64,000 nucleotides of DNA from a virus (lineage: Duplodnaviria; Caudoviricetes): the IMG/VR virus record IMGVR_UViG_3300001525_000584, positions 1 to 64,000 of that record. One strand, written 5' to 3'. The position numbers and the translations under genes were made by a program. The notes under the pieces were generated by a model. That model saw only the letters and a list, made by a program, of their open reading frames with translations. It was not told the origin of the DNA and did not search any database. Below, piece by piece: positions 1 to 6,880 of this stretch (positions are counted from its first letter, which is position 1; every line of letters begins with the position of its first letter).

Positions 1-120
1 CTTTATAAAATCAAATTCTTTTACATAGTCTGAGAAGAACTCTGATGTCAAATTATTTAATGTTATAATACTGCTGTCTTTTGTATCAAGAATTTTATTA
101 AGCATCTGTTCCTGAATCAT
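1..120 (-). CDS. N-terminus of a probable DnaB-like replicative helicase (runs off the window)
   Basis: ATG at 120 after AGGGG RBS; reads MIQEQMLNKILDTKDSSIITLNNLTSEFFSDYVKEFDFIK; lies downstream of a DnaC-like loader. Helicase motifs are outside the window. Confidence 0.5.
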   Translation of the reverse strand, partial: MIQEQMLNKILDTKDSSIITLNNLTSEFFSDYVKEFDFIK

Positions 121-139
121 ATGCTAAGCACCCCTTTTC

Positions 140-541
140 TTAATTCTTCGGCCCTCTACCCTTTTTCCAATCTTCTTTTAGATAATTATCAAGAAGATTT
201 TTCTCTACAGACTTTACCTGATCGCCTTTATAAATATACACTCTGCCTTTATTAGGTGACGGTGCATTTAGACGCGCTTCTAACTTGCATATTTGCGTTT
301 TAAGCGCATTTATCTGTTGTTCATATGTTTCTGTACGGGTTTCCTTTTCATGCGCATATAACGCGTTTATGCCTGTTGTATCGCAGCCGTATTTTTGCTC
401 CATGGTTTCAAGCAACTGTTCGTTTGTACTATAATAAAGCGCCCCATAGTTAGCACAGCTGCAAAACAGTTGCCCTAAACGCATATCGGGCCGTGTTTCC
501 CAAATATACTTTACTTTTGCTAAAACTTCGTCTTTATTCAT
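140..541 (-). CDS. hypothetical protein with C-terminal NUMOD-like basic motif (KGRVYIY...WKKGR)
   Basis: ORF track; start moved to MNKDEV at 541 (GGAG RBS). Confidence 0.55.
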   Translation of the reverse strand: MNKDEVLAKVKYIWETRPDMRLGQLFCSCANYGALYYSTNEQLLETMEQKYGCDTTGINALYAHEKETRTETYEQQINALKTQICKLEARLNAPSPNKGRVYIYKGDQVKSVEKNLLDNYLKEDWKKGRGPKN

Positions 542-551
542 ATTTAACTCC

Positions 552-1235
552 TTATTGAATTTGCAGACCCCTTTTATCACCACCCACCAGTTGAATGCAC
601 TGTGATGCCGTGGCTATACGACTACCTAATCTAATATCCAAATAATTTTTCAAATCATTAGGTGAAACATTCGATGTATAAATGTTTGCTTTTCCATAAA
701 TTAATCTGCCATCGATAATACTAAGTAACGAACTGATCTCAAAATCTGTTCCTGTTTTATTTGATATATCATCCCAAATAACTAAGTCACATTTTGTTGC
801 GTTTTCTTTTATATGACTAATATATTCACTTTTTACTGATATATTATCCTTTAAAGCCTGTAAAAAATATGGTACATTAATAAATAATGCTCTGCAACTA
901 AGAGAGGTATTCAACCAAATTTTATTAAAATATGTCTGTAAAAGTCTAAGAGACCAAGATGTTTTCCCGTTGCCCGCCTGCGTTGACCAGATATATAAAC
1001 TGCTGCCATCATTTACAAAAGACATAATGTTGTTCTGAATATCGCTAAGCTGCCTAAAAGCATTTAAATCAGATCCATCTGCATCTACTACTAAAGATTT
1101 TTTTGCCCGTAAATTCAGTGGTACATTAGCTTCTTTATATAAAAAATCCAATTTAGTTAAAATCAAACAACCATTCGGATCGTTGCAGTGCTTTTCAGAA
1201 CAGTTACCATGCAACCAACAGTCTTTACTATTCAT
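552..1235 (-). CDS. DnaC/IstB-like AAA+ helicase loader
   Basis: Walker A AGNGKTS, Walker B VIWDDI, YTSN, RLGSRI; N-terminal Cys/His cluster. Confidence 0.8.
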   Translation of the reverse strand: MNSKDCWLHGNCSEKHCNDPNGCLILTKLDFLYKEANVPLNLRAKKSLVVDADGSDLNAFRQLSDIQNNIMSFVNDGSSLYIWSTQAGNGKTSWSLRLLQTYFNKIWLNTSLSCRALFINVPYFLQALKDNISVKSEYISHIKENATKCDLVIWDDISNKTGTDFEISSLLSIIDGRLIYGKANIYTSNVSPNDLKNYLDIRLGSRIATASQCIQLVGGDKRGLQIQ

Positions 1236-1292
1236 AAGCAGACCCCTCTTTTTTACTAAAATATCTTTACATATATAAATACAATTGCAAAC

Positions 1293-1365
1293 AAAAAAAG
1301 AAAGCCCAGATACTTAATTCAGGGGTATGAAAGGAAAAGTTACCCTGAATACCTGAGCTTTCCAC
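1293..1365 (-). ncRNA. candidate small RNA with pyrimidine-rich anti-SD loop, ending in a U-tract
   Basis: TGCTAAATT motif at 1371-1379 directly upstream; 13-bp and 7-bp stems with G-U pairs on the minus strand; loop UAACUUUUCCUUUCAUAC; U7 tail. Confidence 0.5.
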
Positions 1366-1387
1366 GGGTTAATTTAGCATCAAAAAT

Positions 1388-1714
1388 TTACTCAAATGCT
1401 AATAAACTGGGATATTTTAACTTCTGACCACAGTTGTTGCAGTGCGTTACGTTTCCCTCCAACTGTTGCTGACAGACCGATACCATCTCTATATAGGATA
1501 AGCCCTGGGGCAACTGTGCTATAATGCGATCACAGTGAGGGCAAACAACATACGGAGTTTTAATCTCCTGAACATGCTGCACCCCATTTATAATCATCTG
1601 TTGTTGCTGTACAGAATATTTGATAGGGGTTAGCTTAGAGAAAAAATGTCGATCAAAAGCTGTATCCCCAAACACTTCGCTTCTATAGTCAAAATCATAT
1701 AAATTTTCACCCAT
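1388..1714 (-). CDS. zinc-ribbon protein
   Basis: CPHC...CNNC pairs. Confidence 0.6.
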   Translation of the reverse strand: MGENLYDFDYRSEVFGDTAFDRHFFSKLTPIKYSVQQQQMIINGVQHVQEIKTPYVVCPHCDRIIAQLPQGLSYIEMVSVCQQQLEGNVTHCNNCGQKLKYPSLLAFE

Positions 1715-1801
1715 TTAATTAAATCATCCTTTTCTATGTAAAAGTATATAATTATATACAATAAGTTGAGCCGGGCTTTTTATCACCCGACTCTATGAAT
1801 T

Positions 1802-2281
1802 TTACATACTCATGAACTTTTTAAAAGCTTCCTGAAAATTCTTGAACTGATCCATGACATCAAATCTCTGGTTATAATAGGTATATTCTCTTGTGACTTT
1901 TCCGTCAGGTGATTTATAACTATAATGGAACCGTTCACCAGGATGTGCTTCAAGCCATGCATTAAGTTTTGCGTCTGCATCCTTTTCTGCAGCATTCAGC
2001 GACTTTTCCGCATCCTGAACCTTCTGCGCATATTCATCATATGCCTTTTTAATGGTTTCGTTGCAGGTTGTCTTAGCCTGTTCATAAGCATCGATGGCCT
2101 GCTCAACTACAGAAGCTTCATTTTTCCGAGCAAGTGATTTTTCACGCTTCTCAGCTTCAATAGCATCTGCCTTCTGCTTCTCGAGCTTTGCAAGCTCATT
2201 TTTCATCTCTGCGATTCGTTCATCAACGGACTGTTCATTTTTCTCAGTTTTTACAAACTGACCCTTTTCGTTTCTCATCAT
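1802..2281 (-). CDS. hypothetical coiled-coil protein
   Basis: AGGAG RBS; E/K/A-rich helical sequence; N-terminal RNEKGQFV motif. Confidence 0.65.
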   Translation of the reverse strand: MMRNEKGQFVKTEKNEQSVDERIAEMKNELAKLEKQKADAIEAEKREKSLARKNEASVVEQAIDAYEQAKTTCNETIKKAYDEYAQKVQDAEKSLNAAEKDADAKLNAWLEAHPGERFHYSYKSPDGKVTREYTYYNQRFDVMDQFKNFQEAFKKFMSM

Positions 2282-2349
2282 ACTTAAACTAACTCCTTTT
2301 TTAGTGTAAATAGATTTTTTAATTCATAAAGTCCTGTCTTTATGAATAC

Positions 2350-2441
2350 TGGCGGAGAAGAAGAGATTCGAACTCTTGCACGACTATACATCGTCTACCT
2401 GTTTAGTAGACAGGTCCCTTCAACCGCTTGGGTACTTCTCC
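2350..2441 (-). tRNA. tRNA-Ser with ACU anticodon
   Basis: GGAGAAG/CTTCTCC acceptor, G73, CCA; anticodon arm CCTGT-CTACTAA-ACAGG; long variable arm; GTTCGAATC T-loop. Confidence 0.9.
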
Positions 2442-2485
2442 ATATAAGTTATGAGCTGACTTTTCATCAGCTCATGTACATTTTT

Positions 2486-2588
2486 CAGATGCATTTTGAC
2501 ATATATGTTTTAGATTTTCAAAAATCAAAACACAACGTAACATTTGACTCCTAAAGAACTCTGTTATATTTATTGCGGTTAGCATCTG
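2486..2588 (-). ncRNA. CCGCAA hairpin RNA copy A
   Basis: CAGATGC-TAA-CCGCAA...GCATCTG. Confidence 0.65.
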
Positions 2589-2590
2589 TG

Positions 2591-2680
2591 CAGCTGCTTA
2601 TTATGTATTTAGATAAAATATCTAAATAAAGCTAAAGGCTCAATATCAATTTCTTCTCTAAAAGTTGCGGTGGGCAGCTG
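2591..2680 (-). ncRNA. CCGCAA hairpin RNA copy B
   Basis: CAGCTGC-CCA-CCGCAA...GCAGCTG; compensatory change in the stem. Confidence 0.65.
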
Positions 2681-2710
2681 TAAAAATTTTAAATAATATT
2701 TAGTTGTAAA

Positions 2711-2989
2711 TCACTCGGTAACTTCTGTAACAGTGGTTTCTTCTACTACAGTAACCTCTGCGGTAGTCTCAGCAGCAGTTTCAACTCCGGTGGTTTCTTC
2801 TACTACTTCTGTTCCAGTTACTTCTCCGGTCGCTTCTACTGTAGTCTCTTCAGCAGCAGTGCCAGTGGCCTCTGCCGTTGTTTCAACATCGGCGCCAGTT
2901 GTCTCTGCATCATCCTTTTCAGGCTTGCAAGCTGCAAAACAAACCAGTACCATAAGCAGAGCAAACATCAGACAAAACATCTTTTTCAT
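2711..2989 (-). CDS. small acidic Thr/Glu/Ala/Val-rich lipoprotein
   Basis: MKK + hydrophobic stretch + FAAC lipobox; ETT repeats; AGGAG RBS. Confidence 0.75.
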   Translation of the reverse strand: MKKMFCLMFALLMVLVCFAACKPEKDDAETTGADVETTAEATGTAAEETTVEATGEVTGTEVVEETTGVETAAETTAEVTVVEETTVTEVTE

Positions 2990-3022
2990 GTTTTAATGTA
3001 TACTCCTTTTGGGAATTTTTTA

Positions 3023-3077
3023 ACAGATGCTTTATGTAGCATTACTAACCAGCTCAATGATCGCGGCCAGCATCTGT
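3023..3077 (-). ncRNA. CCGCAA hairpin RNA copy C
   Basis: ACAGATGC-TGG-CCGCGA...GCATCTGT. Confidence 0.65.
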
Positions 3078-3082
3078 ATCAA

Positions 3083-3159
3083 TGGCTGTCGAAGATGGAT
3101 TTGAACCATCGAAATACCAGAGTCAAAGTCTGGTGCCTTAACCGCTTGGCTATTCGACA
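3083..3159 (-). tRNA. tRNA-Gln(UUG)
   Basis: Anticodon arm CCAGA-CTTTGAC-TCTGG; CCA encoded. Confidence 0.92.
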
Positions 3160-3166
3160 TTAAAAC

Positions 3167-3223
3167 GCAAGTGCATTATGTATAAAATCCTCATCATACT
3201 ATAATATTGCGGTGAGCACTTGC
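3167..3223 (-). ncRNA. CCGCAA hairpin RNA copy D
   Basis: GCAAGTGC-TCA-CCGCAA...GCACTTGC; compensatory changes. Confidence 0.65.
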
Positions 3224-3231
3224 AAAAATAA

Positions 3232-3292
3232 ACAGATACATTTAAGATTAGAAATTAGCAGTTTCCTCTTATAAATAGCGGTAAGTATCTGT
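3232..3292 (-). ncRNA. CCGCAA hairpin RNA copy E, carrying a Ser(GCU)-like anticodon arm
   Basis: ACAGATAC-TTA-CCGCTA...GGAAA-CTGCTAA-TTTCT...GTATCTGT. Confidence 0.7.
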
Positions 3293-3315
3293 ATTATGTA
3301 TATTTTAATATACAA

Positions 3316-3387
3316 AGCTGACGGAGGGATTTGAACCCACAACCTACTGATTACAAATCAGTAGCGCTACCGTTGCGCCACGTCAGC
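3316..3387 (-). tRNA. tRNA-Thr(UGU), no encoded CCA
   Basis: GCTGACG/CGTCAGC acceptor; ACTGA-TTTGTAA-TCAGT. Confidence 0.92.
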
Positions 3388-3390
3388 ATG

Positions 3391-3465
3391 TGGTCCAGCC
3401 CCACTGGATCGAACAGTGTGTGTGCGCTTATAAGGCGCATCCTCAAACCATCGAGGACAAGCTGG
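3391..3465 (-). tRNA. tRNA-Ile(UAU)
   Basis: TGCGC-CTTATAA-GCGCA; T-arm CACTG-TTCGATC-CAGTG; A73-CCA; two G-U pairs in the acceptor. Confidence 0.8.
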
Positions 3466-3591
3466 ATATCAAATAGTGAAAATGAGAACAGTACCACTTC
3501 ACTCAGGCCCATATTCATTTATATAGCGCAGCCAAATCTTTAATAAAAGATAAACTGATCAGGTTTGCTGTTACGGCCATCCCTGCGCTTT

Positions 3592-3667
3592 TGGTGTATC
3601 CTCGGAGGTTCGAACTCCGGGCTTCACGATTAAAAGTCGTGTATTCTCCCTGCTGAATTAAGGATAC
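3592..3667 (-). tRNA. tRNA-Lys(UUU)
   Basis: CACGA-CTTTTAA-TCGTG; CCA encoded. Confidence 0.92.
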
Positions 3668-3848
3668 ATATAAACTTTTCAAGGGCTTTCTCACTGCCTC
3701 CGTAGAGTCCACCGAGCTTTCACGGACATCCTAAATAGGAACCCGAGGCCATAAATATTATCATTCAGGGCCAGTGAGTCCTGGCCGGCTGCACATTTAG
3801 CCTTTTAATTTAGGGGCGGTGGCTCATTTTGCTTCATATAACCGCCCA

Positions 3849-3922
3849 TGGCTGGGGATAAGAGAATTGAACTCCTGTGGGGTGGTTAACAGCCACCTGC
3901 CAAACCACTTGGCGAATCCCCA
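3849..3922 (-). tRNA. tRNA-Asn(GUU)
   Basis: GGTGG-CTGTTAA-CCACC; G73-CCA. Confidence 0.88.
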
Positions 3923-3929
3923 AAGTTAT

Positions 3930-3989
3930 CAGATGCGTTAGGATGAAAAGTTAACATGCTTTTTCCATAATAATTGCGGCGTGCATCTG
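3930..3989 (-). ncRNA. CCGCAA hairpin RNA copy F, with an Asn(GUU)-like loop
   Basis: CAGATGC-ACG-CCGCAA...AAAAG-CATGTTAA-CTTTT...GCATCTG; AATGTATAAT motif just upstream. Confidence 0.68.
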
Positions 3990-4015
3990 TATATTATATT
4001 ATACATTTTAATTTT

Positions 4016-4357
4016 TTACATTTGCCGAAATCTTAATTTTAATTTTTTATTTTGTTTAGAATCATAAGAACTCGTCAATTTTAATTTTCCATGGTTACCT
4101 ATAGAAACTAAAGTAACTTCATTTTTATCAAATTTATAAATGACTGCAATATCAGACGCCAGGTGAAAATCCCAACAGCCCTGAAATTCTCTTCTAGAAT
4201 TTTTGGACAACTTGTGATTTTGAGTTTTTGCCGGCAGCTTTTCTCCGTTACAAAGCATCGTAGTATACTTTTTCAGCAGTTCTTCGTCGAAATCAGGGTA
4301 TTTGCAAACATCTTTGTATTGTTGCACATATCTATTTGAAAATACTAAATTCTTCAT
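4016..4357 (-). CDS. yafQ: YafQ/RelE-family mRNA interferase toxin
   Basis: NHKL, WDFHL, SD, IGNH match YafQ His/Asp catalytic positions; ATG at 4357 overlaps the upstream stop (ATGA). Confidence 0.8.
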   Translation of the reverse strand: MKNLVFSNRYVQQYKDVCKYPDFDEELLKKYTTMLCNGEKLPAKTQNHKLSKNSRREFQGCWDFHLASDIAVIYKFDKNEVTLVSIGNHGKLKLTSSYDSKQNKKLKLRFRQM

Positions 4358-4539
4358 TTGTCGTCCTCTGCATGCAGAAAAGCCCATGCATCGTCTACAG
4401 AATCAAATCTATAAAGCTCTACCGAATCCGGATCCATAACGTAATCCAAAATAGATTCAATAAGTTCAGGACTATAATTTTCTTCTACTCGTAACTCTTC
4501 TGCAAGTTCTTCTCTGAGATCTGCTTTGGTCTTTTCCAC
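4354..4539 (-). CDS. putative acidic antitoxin
   Basis: 61 aa, acidic, coupled to the toxin; FDSVDDAWAFL resembles DinJ/RelB C-termini. Confidence 0.6.
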   Translation of the reverse strand: MEKTKADLREELAEELRVEENYSPELIESILDYVMDPDSVELYRFDSVDDAWAFLHAEDDK

Positions 4540-4647
4540 GATCCTTAAGCTCCTTTAGATAAAAACTCTTTGAATCTAATTATTTTGTCAATCTCGTTGA
4601 GGTGTCGATTCTAACGCTCAATTCATCCTAGGCGCTACCCAGGCACC

Positions 4648-4727
4648 TTGCATGATCAGCTGGACTTGCACCAGCATTTACAAATCATATATACAATTTG
4701 TTGTTCTGCTTTTTGAACTATGATAAT
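4648..4727 (-). pseudogene. tRNA-like element with 10-nt anticodon loop
   Basis: Intact D-arm (GTTC/GAAC) and T-arm (GCTGG-TGCAAGT-CCAGC); acceptor has one mismatch; ends G-CAA. Confidence 0.6.
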
Positions 4728-4837
4728 ATGCACTAGTTGTTTTTAAGTGGTAACTAGGGAGCCACTATTCATTTTTCTTTGGTATGAATAAACAAAACCT
4801 TTGCAACGTTGATTTTTACTAAGCTATCAACAAACTT

Positions 4838-4914
4838 TGGTGGCGGAGGCAGGGCTTGCACCTGCGACCTCCGGGTTATGAGCCCGACGAGCTACTAACT
4901 GCTACCACTCCGCG
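4838..4914 (-). tRNA. initiator tRNA-fMet(CAU)
   Basis: Unpaired C1:C72; three G-C pairs closing the CTCATAA loop; CCA. Confidence 0.93.
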
Positions 4915-5019
4915 TAACTTAGTTGAATTTAGCTATGTACGAAGTAACTTTAACAACTTAATTACCTCGTACATAGATATTATACAATTATATTTTCAAA
5001 AAGGCCATTCAAATAAAAA

Positions 5020-6861
5020 TTATTTTGATTTTTTAATATTTACTATGCCATTGCATTTTGGATATGTGGAACAACCATAAAAGGCTCCAAAACGACCTTT
5101 TCTATAAATCATAGGTGCGCCACAGTTCGGGCACTTCATATCGGTTTCTGTATCTTTAGAAGCTTTTTTTGCATTTTCTTCTAAATCATTAAAAAACCCT
5201 TTTAGAAAAGTTAATTTATTTAATTTACCTGAAGCAATCTCATCTAAAGCATTTTCCATTTCGCTAGTATATTCAACACTAATAAATTTTGGAAAATTAG
5301 TCTTTAAAAAGTCGTCTTCTTTTAATCCCAGTCCTGTAGGCTTTAAATATTTATCTTCAACTAAACAGTAGCCGCGGTCAGCACTCTTAATGGTTTCTAT
5401 AGTAGAAGCATATGTTGAAGGTCGACCTATGCCGGCCTCCTTCATCTCTTTTACAAATCCCGCTTCAGTATAGCGAGGCTTAGGCTTAGTTGTCTGAGAT
5501 ATAGCATCAAAAGAACAGTCCTGCAAAATCTCATTTTCTTCAAAAGTTTCTTTTACAGTTCCTTCTTTGTCTGCATCCTCATCTTTATAAGTATACATTT
5601 TTCTATAGCCATCAAAGCGCAATTCATTAGAATTTAAAATAAATTTATGATCGCCATTATGAATGGTATAGACTGTTTGTGATATAATAGCAGGAGATAA
5701 AGCTGCAGCGACTGTTCTATTATATATAATCTTATATACCTTTGTTAAAAGTTCACTCGGAGATTCTTTAGCAAAAAGTTCTGGAGTTAAAGTTAAATCT
5801 AGTACGTGTAAAGCTTCATGTCCTTCTTGCGAATTTTCCTGCTTTTTACCTTTAACAACAGTTCCAGATACATATTTTTTGGGAAAAGTTTCTTTTACAT
5901 AATCCATTAAAATCTGAGAAAATTCATCCATTAAATACTCTGTATCAGTTCTGTGATAAGATATTTTACCTGCATCGAAAAGCTTTTGAGCACAATCAGC
6001 AGACTGTTTTACAGTTAGTCCTAATTTATTAGCGCACTCTTGCTGGAAAGTTGCTGTAGAAAAAGGTGGCTTAGGATTTTCCTTTTTATCTTTTTTCTCT
6101 ACAGATGTTACTATGAAGGGATGACCTTTACACCCGGAAAAAATAGTATCCACCTGTTCCTGATTTTGAAGTCTTTTTATAGGTGCAGCATCAGTGCCCT
6201 GATATTTTGCTTTAAACTCTACATTATTTTTTACAAACTTCAGATAAAGATCTATATACTGCTCGGGGATAAAATTCAAAATCTCATGCTCCCGATCACA
6301 AATCATTCTTAACGCAGCAGACTGAACCCGACCCACAGATTTACCTAAGCCTTGCTGACGCGATATTTGACTTAATCTATAACCTAAACCTTTATCCAGA
6401 ATGCTTCGACTTTGTGCAGCATCTACTAAATCCATATCTAGTTCTCGGGCATTATCTATGGCTTCAAAAATAGCCTTTTGATTAATGGCCTGATAAGTGA
6501 TACGCACGTATTTATTTTTAGGGATATCTAAATAATGTAAACAGGACCAGGCTATAGCTTCGCCTTCACGATCGGCATCTGAGGCTATTAAAATCATATC
6601 TGCAGCTTTAACCTGCTCTTTAAGTTTGCGTACATTTGTAACTTTATTAGGATCTATTATATAATCAGTTTCAAAATCTTTATCAGGATAAATACCAGTG
6701 TTATAATAACCTGACCCATCTTTTAATTTTATAAAATGCCCCACAGTAGCCATAACTACTACATTTTTATATTTAGCATCTTTAAAAATTTTTGTAATAG
6801 TTTTTGCCTTTTCCGGAGATTCGCAAAGTAAAAGATATCTATTTTCTTTATCCAATTGCAT
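5020..6861 (-). CDS. topA: type IA DNA topoisomerase I
   Basis: CESPEKA, ASDADREGEAI, SVGRVQ, catalytic ISYHRTD, GIGRPSTY, one C-terminal Zn ribbon. Confidence 0.96.
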   Translation of the reverse strand: MQLDKENRYLLLCESPEKAKTITKIFKDAKYKNVVVMATVGHFIKLKDGSGYYNTGIYPDKDFETDYIIDPNKVTNVRKLKEQVKAADMILIASDADREGEAIAWSCLHYLDIPKNKYVRITYQAINQKAIFEAIDNARELDMDLVDAAQSRSILDKGLGYRLSQISRQQGLGKSVGRVQSAALRMICDREHEILNFIPEQYIDLYLKFVKNNVEFKAKYQGTDAAPIKRLQNQEQVDTIFSGCKGHPFIVTSVEKKDKKENPKPPFSTATFQQECANKLGLTVKQSADCAQKLFDAGKISYHRTDTEYLMDEFSQILMDYVKETFPKKYVSGTVVKGKKQENSQEGHEALHVLDLTLTPELFAKESPSELLTKVYKIIYNRTVAAALSPAIISQTVYTIHNGDHKFILNSNELRFDGYRKMYTYKDEDADKEGTVKETFEENEILQDCSFDAISQTTKPKPRYTEAGFVKEMKEAGIGRPSTYASTIETIKSADRGYCLVEDKYLKPTGLGLKEDDFLKTNFPKFISVEYTSEMENALDEIASGKLNKLTFLKGFFNDLEENAKKASKDTETDMKCPNCGAPMIYRKGRFGAFYGCSTYPKCNGIVNIKKSK

Positions 6862-6880
6862 GAATTAATATCACCTCCTT

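Noticed and set aside
3814-3847. Theta (HDV-like) ribozyme after tRNA-Asn
   Set aside because: A G-started P1-like stem exists, but I could not find P2, P3/L3 or P1.1.
2486-3989. CRISPR array interpretation of the CAGATGC/CCGCAA repeats
   Set aside because: The conserved parts are inverted arms that enclose the variable part, covary, are irregularly spaced and are interleaved with tRNAs. There is no cas operon; the Cas4-like gene lies among recombination genes.
2342-5080. Short ORFs 2342-2554, 2733-2996, 3331-3543, 3515-3712 and 4856-5080
   Set aside because: They overlap tRNA/ncRNA genes or are antisense to the lipoprotein gene.
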